Shown here in pieces: positions 51,700 through 64,000 of a stretch of DNA of 64,000 bases. Below the pieces are notes generated by a model that ran no database searches, was not told where the DNA came from, and saw only the letters and a program-made list of their open reading frames with translations. Each line of letters starts with the position of its first letter. Position 1 is the stretch's first letter. The translations under genes were made by a program, and so were the position numbers. The DNA is from Tubiluchus corallicola (lineage: Eukaryota; Animalia; Priapulida), in assembly GCA_030141605.1 (NCBI GenBank), contig JAQGDQ010000030.1, positions 541,171 through 605,170 of the forward strand, given 5' to 3'.

Positions 51700-53870
51700 A
51701 AATTAAATACTTAAACGCCTTGATATTTTAATGACTGTTGTCCATTAGTGGTATTAAATCTTTCAATAAAAATAATTTTTTAGACTGACCTGGTGAAGTG
51801 ACTACGAATTTTCGATGCTGGTGTGTAATAACGAGAGAAAGGAGTTGGCAGCATATTATTTCTAAATTTATACACAAATACACAAATTTTATTAACTGTA
51901 ACTTATAAATATCGGGAAGTTTTAACAATCTTAGAATAATGTAAGAAGGTGTGGCATGGTCTCGTTTTTCCGAAAAAGTAATTAATTTGACAATAGAAAA
52001 ATGGTTAGAGGCGTGAGAGTACTTGCTGTAGCACAGCCCTAGCCGAGGATACCATATTGAAGGTAAGTATAAGCTATAGTGTAATAAGTGAGCTTCATAG
52101 TAGATATATCTACATAATAGCTTACTTTCGATAATATGCATTTTATTTTACCGATCTTGTGACTGATATGCTTGACTTGTGACGACCAGGACAGAGTGTC
52201 ATTAATAAGCAGTCCCAAGTATTTTATTGCCTTTATTTGTTCTAATAGCTTGTTATTTATTTTAATTTGAATGTGATGGTTAGCACCAGTGCTGCATTTA
52301 GGTTTGATTAATATGTATTTTGTTTTTTTGTAGTTGATCGGTAGTTTGTTTGCTTGCATCCAAGTAATGACTTTTGCGAGCTCCCTGTTTACTGTATTTT
52401 GAAGATTCTCAATGTTAGTATTAGATGCAAATAAGTTGGTGTCATCAGCGAATAATCAGGTGTGAAAGTTACAGGAGTTGACAAGATCATTTATGTAGAG
52501 AAAGAATAGTAAGGGTCCTGATGTAGAACCTTGCAGCACTCCACAAGTAACATTGATTGGTTGTGAGTTAATATTTCTGATACATGTATATTGTTGCCTG
52601 TTCTGTAAATATGATATAAAAAAACTTAGGGAGTGTCCCCTTACACTGTAGTATTCCATTTTCTGTATTAAAATGTCATGTTGTACTGTATCAAATGCCT
52701 TGGATAGATCTAGAAATATGCCACAAATGAAATGTTTTTTATCAATATTGTATAGTATTCTATCAGTAAGTTCAGAAAAGGTTAAAGCAGCTGGGTGTCT
52801 TTTCCTGAGTCCAAACTGGTAGTCTGATAGCATATTGCTTTTCATTAAAAATTTATTCAGTCTTACATAAATTATGTTTTCAAATAATTTTGCAATTGGC
52901 GATAGCAATATAATTGGAAGGATTTTCTGGACATTCTTATTTTAGCTAGTTTGAGAACATCTTGAAAAGTTTCTTCAGCGATAGATTTATTAAAATGTAT
53001 TGTTAGTATAGGTGTAATGACATCGACTGCTATTTTATAATAATATATAGGAATATTTTCAGGGCCTAGTGACTTACAGCTTTTTAGTTGATTAGTTGCA
53101 GAATATATTTCATTTTCTATTCCTGTATTTTCTATTACATTTTGTATTACTTACTATATAAATGAATTTGGAATAGGATTACGAAGAATTAGTCAAATTT
53201 TATGTTAGTTTGCTGAATTGTATCTGCCATATTTTGTCCAATGTTGGTAAAATGGTTTAAGTCTTTGGGGTATTGGCTTATGTCTTTTGGATTATTGTAA
53301 ATTGTACTTAATTTTATTAGGAGAAAACTGGTTTCTTAGTTTGTGTTTAGTTATTTCACTGATTGTTTTCCAGACTTTTTCATATATTTTTTGTTTTCCT
53401 GCAACAGAGCAGAATAATAGCTACTTTTTGACTTTTCCTTCACATGAATCAGTTTATTACAATACACACGATAAGAATTCTCTTTTATATAAGCTATCAG
53501 ATAGTTTATGAGTTTTGTACAGTTTACTTTTCGTCTTTATTGACTCTAAGATTCCTGAGGTTATCCAAGGTTTGCTAAATGCTATAGATTCATTCATTGA
53601 CAATGTTTTGAGAGGAGTATGTAGATTTAATACATCTGTGTAAATATTTATAAACAGTGTAAATGCTTCATTTGTTTATGTACAGCCAAATGTAATTTAT
53701 TTTTCAAGTCATTTAAAAAGGCGATCCCGTTAAATTTGCTTTTGTCACGGATAACTATTTTATCCTTACACTTATCAGTATAATAATTTTTACAATACAG
53801 AACACAGGTACATGATCAGCAAGCTGATAAAATATTATACCTGGAGTAACATGGCCTTTCATATAGTTAG
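51700..53870 (-). mobile_element. Decayed CR1/L2-type LINE ORF2
   Basis: Endonuclease end ADHVPVF near 53800; RT motifs GIFLDLSKAFDTVQH, GVLQGSTSGPLLF, LFADD, IKYLGLLI, YLQYGILGW; stops and frameshifts. Confidence 0.9.
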
Positions 53871-53899
53871 TATAGATTATTAGTATAGTGAAAATAAAT

Positions 53900-54700
53900 A
53901 GCAAAAAATAGAATCTTGACTAAAGGAAATTATGTGTGGAATCATGAAATAAAGAATAAGTACAAGTTACTAGGGCATGTTACTGATTTGTGGAATATGG
54001 CCAATGAAACAACGAGTGCATTATAAGCAGTTGATGTGGCTAAGAACTTCATGTGTGTCATCAAATGATAGAGATGCAAAGAAAGTGTTAATGAGTGTGC
54101 AAAAAGTCAAGTGCCAGGTAGTTGGACAGACAGTATAGAGAAACTTGCAAGTATGTACAATTTGAATGTGGCAGAAAATAAGTTAAAACTTGAAAAAAGC
54201 TAGATGAGAGAAACAAGTTAAGTGGGCGATCCATATACTTAAAAGAAGAATCATTGAAGGCTACTGACAAAAAACAAAATCACGATTTCTAAGAAATAGA
54301 GTGGGGCAGTGAAAAAAAACAATGAAATACTTAGAAGAGCATGATGAGAAGATTGCATGTAATATAACAGAGTGGAAACTTAATATGAATGCAGTTAAAG
54401 CAAATTTCAGAAATAAATTTAAATTAGATACGACCTGTCCACTCTGTTATAATGAAAAGGATGCAACTGAGCATCTGTTGTTTTGCAAGAAGGGTATAGA
54501 AATTTATAATGGAAGAGGTGAAGACAGCTGCAGATTTTTTGTATAGTGCTCATATTGATAAATTGATTGAATTAGATGAGTGCATATCGAACGTGAATAT
54601 GGAATCGTTCTGACAAGGTAAAAACAAAAAGCCGCAAAGATAAAAACAAGGACTGAAAAAATTGGCATTATTAAGAAGAGAAAGGCTTGCACCAAAAGTT
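53900..54700 (+). mobile_element. Decayed 3' fragment of a non-LTR retrotransposon with CCHC zinc finger
   Basis: CPLCYNEKDATEHLLFC (C-x2-C...E-x3-H-x3-C) in ORF 54322-54546; boundaries approximate. Confidence 0.6.
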
Positions 54701-56253
54701 CCTACTGGAAATGGTAGAGAGATACTGCTATGTAACCGCTGTCTTCGAATCTGTCTTTTTGAGGCGAGTTCATTTAGTTTTACTTTGGTATAATTACTAT
54801 TGATTGTTATCTTCTTTAATTTTTTCTATATTTTGTTTCTTTAATTTAATTATATTTTTACTTATTGTAACACTTTGGCTCTCACCGTTAATATTAACGC
54901 ATATTTAGTTAAATTTATAGGGGTGGCTAGACTAGAAGTCTGTATAGTTTGTTCGTCACCCTGTCTTTATAATTATTTATTAAATTTTACTTATGTATAT
55001 TAATATTACTAACACAAAAGAAAACTGACCTAAATAATTAACTTATAGTTAAATTCCTTACTGTATAACACCATACTTGCTTAAGACCAGACCAGGTTTT
55101 TCTCAGCTTAAATTTACATGGTTGTAAAGGCTCTCGTGATAATATTTTTGGTAAAAATGTTCTTGTGGTTATCACATTGAATGTATTACCTGTTATTTGC
55201 TCAAATGCCCTCTATATGATGTAAGTAGTTATGCATAAATTATACTTAAATAGTATTATTGTACTTAAATAATATTATTCCACTTAACATTATTTTCCTA
55301 GATACCGAATTTCTAATTACTACACTTTTAAATAGTAGCATCCTTGTGAAATCTGAACCATGACCAAAAGATATATGTCGTTATATTTGATATTGTCCAA
55401 ACAAAGTATTTTAAACATATATACTACATATTAAAAAATACTCGCCAATTTGCTTATTAGTGTTATACATTTTATGCTTATGTTTATTGTATGTAGCAAT
55501 GTACTCTAATGTACGTATTTCATTGTATATTAGATCAGAATCTATTTTTATGTTTCTTCACTTGTATTACCTGTATACCATTTCTCTTTCCAGAGACCTC
55601 TTTATCAGTGGTAATTGTGGCTGAAGGCTTGTTTCTTTGACAATAACACAAATATGGTTGCAAAAAACAGGTTACTAATACTATAGTTAATTATTAATTA
55701 GTATTAATAATTAGTATTAGTATTAATTATTAATTAACTATAAGTGATAATTATTTTTAGCCATACCATCATCCATATCCTTGTTATTGTCGTAAACCTC
55801 ATTTAATTATTTTCTCCTTCTCGTCTTCACCTTAAACATTTTCGATGCTATTGAGCTATTCAAAAAGACCTCTGGATCACAAATGCACACTACGGTGCCG
55901 AGAAGAGTTCCGTTATAGTTGTTGTGATATATTAAATTGTGTTTTTATGATATGTAGTTTTGTGTATTATATTTTATGCAGTTATTGCATTCAGATAAAA
56001 AATTATGAATTATGGCTTTAGGTTATGCTGTTAATTTCTTTCGTTGTCTGATTGTCTCAAATTTGCATTTTTTATAAAAAACAGTAGGTCTATTTCAGAT
56101 GTCAATTAAAATAATCTAATGTTTGTTTGTTTCAAAATTTGCAAGTTCTTTAAAAATTATTATATTGAGTGCTCCATGGTTCGTGGTTTTTAGTCTATTC
56201 AAACTACTTTAATATGTGTCATGAAATGGTCGGTGGTAGAGCACAAAACGGTT

Positions 56254-56306
56254 ATTGGCTGGTGCGTCACGTGCATAAAAATGTGGTCGCTCTCTCCAGT
56301 GCGTCA
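56254..56306 (+). promoter_or_regulatory. Putative PRKAR2 core promoter: reverse CCAAT, CRE-like/E-box, TATA-like and Inr-like sites
   Basis: ATTGG 56254-56258; TGCGTCA 56263-56269 overlapping CACGTG 56268-56273; CATAAAA from 56274; TCCAGT followed by a second TGCGTCA 56300-56306; 100-150 bp upstream of the ATG. Confidence 0.5.
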
Positions 56307-56404
56307 TTAAAAATTGTTTATTGTACCCAAACAACTACTTTTTTTGATAAAAGAAACAAAGAAAATTTTCTAGACTAGAATTTAAAATTTTAAACTTAAT
56401 AAAA

Positions 56405-59400
56405 ATGGATGACGCTGATATTCCTCAAGGTTTAACAAGCTTGTTGGAGAGTTTTACTGTAGAAGTTTTGCGAAACAGACCTTCGGATTTAGTGGAATTC
56501 GCGGTTATTTACTTTAACGCACTTCGCAACAAAATGAAGAGAACTGGCAGTGACGCCGAGACGGCTCACTTCCAACCTAATGTTATGGCGGGCATTGGGA
56601 GTTTGAACGAGAATGAGGATTTCGGCGATGACGAGGATATGGGTGATGGTATGACTAAATTATTACATTAGTAATCTGTTGATTTGGCAGCCTGCAGAAA
56701 TGGAAAGTGCCTCATAATTATAATTTACGGTGAACTTATTGTTGCACTACGTTTTCACACTAGGCAATAATAATATTAAATTGCTGTACAATGTTCTGAT
56801 TGCTATTTGCGCTATCGTGCACATCATCCATACTAGTTTACTACTCTATAGTTTCATTGCGCGTGTTTAACAATGCATGTAACTGCGTTAGTATGCTTGT
56901 ACTTTCAGCATGTGTAACTAAAACCAGTAAAGGCACTGAATTGATTTTTGGTTGATTCATTGACTTTTAATGACAATGTCAATTATGTCGTTAATATTCA
57001 GTTTTGTAGGAAAATTAATTATGAACATGATATAGATGTTTTCACTTTGCATAATAATAATTATTATATTTCGTATTGTTTAAGCATTTATACTTTGGAA
57101 AAGAAATGTTGGATGTTGTCAATGCCAAGTGTAGTGGTTCTTACAATACCTAGACTTTGTTTTTTTCATAAGTGCTGATGCTAATCATACTTTGAGTGTA
57201 AATTGTGTTAAAATTATTCCCTTTCGTTGCTGATTTTAATTTTATGAAAATGAATTAATGAGGGCTGTTGTGTGAGTTGAATCAATATGAAACAATTGAT
57301 CTAGTTAAGATCCATGATCACAAGTTTACGGCTTTTGGAATAGTGCTGCTTGTGATAATCCTTCTGGGTCATATATGCACTACTGCCCTCAACCTAGACA
57401 GTATTTGTAGGGTATGTGACATTTGGGTATTACACGGTTGGGTACAAGGCATTTGGACACGGGGCATTTAGGCATGGGACAGTTGATCACAAGAAATTTG
57501 GGCACTTGTAATAAAATTTAATGTTCTTCCTAGTTTTTTAAATTTTGTTTATTAAATTTTCAATGGCTCACTAATTTTCTAACTTTCATAGTACTTTTTT
57601 TAAGGATCATCGCTTCACTAAATTAATCATGTGTAGTAATAATTGATAATTGTAACACTGTCTCCGCACTTTAATTTTGTATTAAGTATATATAACTATA
57701 AATTAACGAAGTAAAAAACACTGCAAGTTTACATTAGCATTTTATTAAAGTGTGACAGCATTTTATTTGAAAAATATCAAGTGCATCATAAAAATAGTAA
57801 AAACCAGAAATGCGTGTTACAAACAATTTATTCACGAAAATTTAACGTTAGTACAATAATGTTATTAGTATTATCGTAATACTAAATTTTTTGAATGCTT
57901 GGTGTGTGTTGTTTAGTTCATTACTTGAAAACAACCAGCTAGATCAATTTGTGTGCCAATTAAATGATGTATGGTTTCAGTATCAAGCTCTACAATAATT
58001 GTAAGCTTTTTTGCTGTATCTTTTACAACATGTATGAAATAATGTTATGGTATCCAGTGTAAATAATGTGCGATGGTGTTCAGTCAGCCGTGCCCAATTT
58101 TCCCGCCCAAATGTCCTGTCGCCTTTTCAGTATAACAATATTAACTTTATTCAAAACAGGATAGATACAAAACAGGAATAAGACAGGATTGGAAAATATT
58201 TCTATAAATAATTACACTTAGATGTCATTACAACTGCCATCATTCTTCGCAAGGCCTGAAGTCTAGAGAATATCCCCTGTATTAGTAATAAATGCCGTTA
58301 TATTAAGGTGATTAAAGTCTTCTTATCTTCCAGGAAAAAGGGTATTTTCTAATATTATTATGAACAATTTTTTTTTGTATTTTAGTCCCACCTTCTTTAA
58401 GTAATCGGTTTGTTCATCGGAAAGCAATTGCAGGAGAAGGTTTCAATCCCGAGGAAGATGATGATGAAGAAGTTGAGAAGGTATATTTTCTATGCAGCTT
58501 TGTAAGGTTCTCATTGTTTTAAAATACTTGTTCCTAGTTGTAATAATAATTTCCAGCAAAAAGTAAAATTGATTTTTAAGTCACAATTTTGTACTAACCT
58601 AGTAATCTAAATGAATAACTTAAAGGAAAGGCCAAGCCATCTGGAAAGTTAGGCTTATTTTATTGTTCGTTAGAAATGATAGAAGGTTTGTAATAAAATA
58701 GTGATGATAGTAATAAAATACGCATTGCGTAATTAGGAAAATTACTTTGAAATTGCAATAATTTCATGTTTGGGCGTTACCATTTTGAACGCCCATTCTT
58801 CCACCAATGACACTAGTCATCGGCTGAAGGCAAGCAGTGCACTGTCAATTTCTGTCAAAAGCATATGTTTCTGCAAAAAAATAGGAAGCTAATTCTGTGA
58901 TATTTTCGCTTGAACATTCCAGAAGTTGCAGAAGCTTGAATTAGTTTAAGCAGCGTGCTCTTACAAGAGCAACGATGCACTTACAAAAATTCACGAAGTC
59001 ATGTTGAACGAATGATTTTTTGGTGCGCATGCATTTTATAATAATACGTAGTCCCACTGAGTATTTGAAATAAGCCTGTCTAATTATCTACCCATTGTGT
59101 AATGGCTAACTAACATTTAGTCATTTTTATTTAAATGAGCAAATTTATGAAAGGGTAATTTTTTTAAAATACCATTTTTTATTATAGCAATAAGCATGTT
59201 TAACTATTTTACATGCAGTTTTTTGCAAACAAAAAAAATTATAACAAGCCATTATAATCTAGTCTCATTTTCAACGAAAAGTGAACCCTAGAGGCATTTT
59301 TTTCTAAAAGTGGGCAACATAGCCAGTCTTATAAATTTAACTATGCTGTTGCCAACTCGAAAAATTAGCTGAAAGGGGTTTGAAATGCAAAACAAGAAAA

Positions 59401-62400
59401 TGACAGCCAAGTTTTTGAACAAATGACATAAATTAAGAGATTTTTTCAGAAAATTAACATTAAGAAGCCAGTATGACATCTACTTCAGGGTAGTTGGACT
59501 TGAAGAACCCATCATCTTCATTGCAAAAATAACTGTCGTTTTGAAAATGCGGCCACACAATAACGAAGTAATGCTGATCATGCAGTTACATTAACCGTTT
59601 CATCATAAGATTTATTATACAAACAAAAAACAATAATGGTGATCATGCAGTTACATTAACTATTTCATCATTATTATTATACAAACAAAAAACAATCAAC
59701 TGGATCTTCTTGAAGCCAGAAAGCTGCTACTAGCCCCAAAATAATGCTATGTGATTCAAACAGCCCAATAAGTAAAAAACAAAATGGTCGATGGTATCCC
59801 AACACAACTGTCTAGCAGAATGGTAAAAAACCTGGTTTTTCGCTTAAGTTACAAAACTTTGCACAATGTTAAAACCAATCAGGATGATTAATTTTGGGTA
59901 TGAGGCCAATCGAACAGGTTGACAAGATCGATGGCTGTAATTGCTAGTTTTGAAAGCCATGTTCTAACTGTTGGCGCAGTTAATGTGACAACTTTTGTGC
60001 CAAAATAATATATAGTACGTTTTCAGTTTCAAGAAATCAATTTCTGATGCCCAGAGAAAATACTTGTAGCCGCTTGTGTAATATATTAACTGTATTACCC
60101 GACCTTAAGATAAATAGGACGATGATATTAGTATATATATGTAGGCGTTAAAGGTTAGGGATTTAGGGTAGTACCGATATTTTAAAAATGGCCAAAAGGG
60201 TAGCTGTTGCTAGCTTATAACAACCATATCTTATGTCGTATGAAACGTGAATGCCATTGATTCTGAAAAAAGCTCTGTAAGCAATCCATTCCAATACTAT
60301 TTGCGACCAGACTTCAGTTTTTACAGAAAGCGAAACAAAGATGGCTTGGCCTACATAAAAGAGGCATTTGTATCACTAACAGACACTACTAGAGCAGAAC
60401 TATTGAATGAACTCATGCCTGTGCTGGAATGTTTTGTTGTACTCCTGTATCACAAAGCTGACCTATTGACGTCAATTTGCAAAGCATGTAAAGGCTTGTT
60501 CACTAGAAAGGAAAGGTTTTTTGGTGACAATTCCTCCAACATATACCACACTGTTGGGGCACACCCGAGGAGTCATATATCAGGCAGGTACTGTTGGATC
60601 AGTCATTGATCACTGCCTTACTACAAGACCTGGATTCCATCCAATCTGCCTTAAAACATGCAGTATAGCTAATGTATTACACTGGCTGCTGTAGCCGTCT
60701 TGGCAGCCATATTGAAATTGACCTGGATCCCAAATAATAGTCTCTTGTAAAACGGCAAAAAACTTGCTCACTTCGTTCAAAAGTTACAATACTTTGCACA
60801 AAGCTAAAATCGATCAAAGTGATTAATTTTGGATATGAGCCCAAAGGAAAATCATCCAGTATTGCCGCCATTTCAAAATGGCCAAGAACATGGAAGTCTG
60901 TTGTTAGATTTTTAAAGCTGTATCTTAACTGCTAGAGCATATGTGTTTTTAAGTATTAGTTGTGGGTTGCTTGATGCTTAAAATCTATATTTAGACACCA
61001 AAATCATCATCTTATCTGTTCTAATAGTTAAGGTATACAGTGTTCCCTCTCTACTTCGTGGTTCATTTATCGCAGACTCGCTGTTTTGCGGGTTTTCAAA
61101 AATATTAATGTAAAATATTTATCGCGGTATTTTTGCTGTTTCGCGGGTGTTTGCAGTACTCCGTCTAAAGTATTTTTGCACATGCGTAGTACTCATTGTA
61201 CAGTAATGTACAGATTTGATGAATTTTGCATAAAAAATCATGAAAAGTATAAAAATATATTAAAAATATTAATTCTAACATTAAAAGAATATTATAAATC
61301 ATAAAAATTTACCATTTATATTAAATAGTGTATTTATTCGGCGGATAAATACACACCAAAAACGAAATGTAGTACTTGCGCCCTAAAATAAGTATAGCGT
61401 CCCTACTTCGCGGAAATCCACTTTTCGCGGGTTGGCCTGGAACGGAACACTGTAATCTTTATATGAAAGCGAGCCATTTTATTGGTCATCTTGAAAATGG
61501 CATCCATATTGGAGGACTTTTTTTATCCAAAATTAATCAACTTGACATTCTAGCATTCCGCTAAATTTCATAACTTTTGGACGAATGAGCAATTTTTCAC
61601 AATTCTACTATACTATATGTCGGGGTCCCGGCAGCCATTTTCTTTTTTGCTTACTTATTATTATTATTTATTAGTCTAACAGTATTGAGATTCAACAAGG
61701 TCAAATTAATAAAAATGACGTGCTTTTGTTTTTATAATAAATCTTTAGGTGATAGAGGTAATATAATTGATTGGCATAATTTTTTGTGGGTGGCTATTTT
61801 GAAAACGGTGACCATTTTTGTAACCAAAGCAGCAGACAAATGGATGGTACAGACCCTGGAATATATGTCATCGTCACTTCATAACATTAGTTTTCTGAGA
61901 ACTTGTTTTCATTTACATTGTGTGCGCAAAAACTTTGTAACCATTTTGTTTTTTGTGTTTTTGACCATTTTCTGTTAATTTTTAAGCTGGTACCAGCTTT
62001 TTTCGGATTAAGCATGGTCACATTGATAAGACTGGTCCAGTTTTAGAAAAAAATGCTCCTAGAACTTTATAAAAGCACCTTTTCAGGATTTTCTTTTAGC
62101 CTAATGGCAGCCATTTTAAAAATGGTAATCATTTTTGAAATGAAAATTGCAGGAATGGGTTCCATGGGTCCAACTTCCCTGGAATAGATGTCATAATTGC
62201 TTTTGTTGTTAATTTTCTGAAATATCTGTTAATTTACACTGTTCAGAAACTTGGTGGCCATTTTGTTTTTTGCGTATTCAACCTTTTTCTCTAATTTTTC
62301 AAACTGACAGTAGCTGCTTTTGGATTCAGAATTGTCAAATTAATAAGACTGGCTATGTTACCCACTTTTAAAAAAAATGCGCGCTTTGCGCTTTATAGAA

Positions 62401-62975
62401 AGACTTTTTCAGGATTTGGGCATAGACTATGAAATGCATTCAGACCATTTTACTTCTTTTGTTAAATTCTTTGTTCGAACTGTTGCACTGCTTTGTTTAC
62501 AAGTATGATATGCTTGTTGCATAGTCTGTCAGGCATTGATTTTGTTGATCTAAGTTGATTTCCAGTGTAGTGATTTCCAATGTACTGAAACTGGGATCTC
62601 TTCAATAATTTTTTTCACTACATTTCATTATGCGTGAATATATTAAAAGTATTGAGTATTTGTACTTTCAAGAATTAAAAAAATGTATGTGGTAACTTTA
62701 TGAAATTAAATTTGCAGTTGTATATAATAATTGTTTCTGCTGAAATAGTTACAGACTTGCAGCAAGTATTAATTAATCATTAATAGTCAAAATACGAGTA
62801 TCACTTACTTTTAAATCTGGCTGCCTTATGCTCTTCTATTTGTCTGACTGTCTGTTAAACAGTCTAATTAATGTTTGCTGTTCTATTATAGGTTATCTAC
62901 CCCAAATCAGATGAACAGAAAGCTACTCTTTACAATGCCGTCAAAGACATTCTCCTTTTTAAGAGCCTTGATTCG
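56405..62975 (+). CDS. PRKAR2: cAMP-dependent protein kinase type II regulatory subunit, first three coding exons; continues beyond the window end
   Basis: Exons 56405-56648 (RII D/D domain [35 protein letters not shown]), 58386-58480 ([21 protein letters not shown]), 62892-62975 ([28 protein letters not shown]); GT-AG, phases 1 and 0. Confidence 0.92.
57441..58123. mobile_element. MITE-like element with tandem GGACATTTGGGCAC-type subterminal repeats (Mutator-like?)
   Basis: Left end has 4-5 CATTTGGRCA-like units; right end has inverted GTGCCCAATT / GCCCAAATGTCC. No TSD found. Confidence 0.5.
59569..59696 (+). repeat. Two-copy tandem repeat, unit about 65 bp
   Basis: TAATG.TGATCATGCAGTTACATTAAC..TTTCATCAT...TTATTATACAAACAAAAAACAA twice. 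Confidence 0.85.
59740..62430. mobile_element. Nested decayed DNA-transposon sequence (Academ-like) in PRKAR2 intron 2
   Basis: Protein remnant [10 protein letters not shown]...LFTRK, then frameshifted IPPT...H...YQAG..W (60247-60609); recurrent GCCATTTT-AAAATGGC palindromes; diverged direct repeats near 59845/60780 and 61940/62258; TAGTCTA...TAGACTA ends at about 61672 and 62429. Confidence 0.45.
61038..61452. mobile_element. Tigger/pogo-like MITE
   Basis: TA|CAGTGTTCC ... GGAACACTG|TA with subterminal CTACTTCGYGG and TTTTCGCGG motifs. Confidence 0.8.
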
Positions 62976-63217
62976 GTAATGTGGTATAAATTACAAGATA
63001 GCTTCAAGTTTTGGCATTCAGAAATTTTATAACTAAGGAGACGCTGCCAGACAGTTGATTGAGTTTTGTAACATGTTGCAAGCTATTACATTTTGATAGA
63101 AATTAGCATGAATTGTAAGAAAATTGTGTAAGAAAATTTGCACATCACAGATGCGCACTGCTTTGTCTATTATACAATTTATTGTACATTTATGTGAATT
63201 ACTACGCACTGCTAATC

Positions 63218-63351
63218 AATGTCTTTGCTCGAAATTTTGTCATTTTTCATTATGTCCAGTTGGGCAGTATCTTCTTGCAATAATTAATGTCTTTGCTCGA
63301 AATTTTGTCATTTTTCATTATGTCCAGTTGAGCAGTATCTTCTTGCAATAA
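63218..63351 (+). repeat. Near-perfect two-copy tandem duplication, period 68 bp
   Basis: AATGTCTTTGCTCGAAATTTTGTCATTTTTCATTATGTCCAGTTGRGCAGTATCTTCTTGCAATAA twice, 1 mismatch. Confidence 0.92.
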
Positions 63352-64000
63352 GTTTATTGCAGTTTTGACATCTCTCATTTTATATGGCATTAAATTGTAT
63401 GGGGAATTTAATCCTTTATGGTGGAGTGGTGATAATGGTTTGTTGATGAACATTAACTACTTTCTTACCATTACTTTACTAAAAAGTCATTTAGCTGGAT
63501 TCGTATGGAGTGTAGGGATTTATCCATCAACCATAATGTTGTGTTGGTTGATTGTTGTAAAAGTCATTCTTTAATTTGCAATATTTACTTTGCCCAGATT
63601 TCTGTAAGATTACGTAAGGTGACATTATGAGATCTCTAAAATATGTATTTATATTTAGTTACAGTAAACGTGCACTGTTTTCCACTTTGTGAACCCTACC
63701 AAAAAGTTCTTGGCCTCACCAGCGAACCTGAATGTACTATAGTAATCTGTAGACTTCCTGGTGGCATTTTGCCTACTATCAATCTGAATTGAGAAGAACT
63801 TGAAAAATCTTGAAATATGTTAGGTTATATTAGGTTTCAGGATAACGTATCAGCTCGTTGTGGCTGTTTTGTCACTTGGTGGAGGTGCTTCCCCGTGCTC
63901 CTTTTACATTTAATATATGTCTTTATTTGACTTCTATCTGATTAGAAGTAAAGTACACCTATATTGAAGAATTTTTTCTACGGCCTTGGCGTCGTTGGTA

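Noticed and set aside
49086-52908. Active reverse-transcriptase system (retron or DGR-like)
   Set aside because: Both RTs are linked to AP endonuclease, carry many stops and frameshifts, and are ordinary decayed LINEs.
55682-55742. AT-rich imperfect palindrome
   Set aside because: Low-complexity TAAT/TAGT units; self-complementarity is expected by chance.
59569-63351. CRISPR-like repeat arrays
   Set aside because: Only two-copy tandem duplications without spacers, in a eukaryotic intron; no cas genes.

Overview
AT-rich eukaryotic (invertebrate animal) genomic DNA with spliced genes. Most of the supplied ORF track is noise, so exons were rebuilt by hand from GT-AG sites, phase continuity and recalled protein families; no searches were run. 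Genes, left to right: the 5' part of CFAP58 (minus); a complete 8-coding-exon CUEDC2 (plus) whose 15.3-kb last intron hosts an antisense Shaker/Kv1 potassium channel; a 5-exon DUF3504/Crypton-derived gene (minus); MRPL14 (minus); a cluster of decayed LINEs; and the first three exons of a PKA type II regulatory subunit (plus). Introns carry Tigger/pogo-, hAT- and other MITE-like elements. Best leads: (1) the nested Kv1 has several phase-compatible alternative N-terminal exons and a hidden PDZ-ligand (-ITAV) C-terminal exon, i.e. a possible combinatorial channel system; (2) the PKA RII has an Ala pseudosubstrate (HRKAI) instead of RRxS; (3) the DUF3504 gene looks like a domesticated, catalytically dead Crypton recombinase; (4) an RTE-like LINE has a twin-priming-type inversion next to the MRPL14 5' end.
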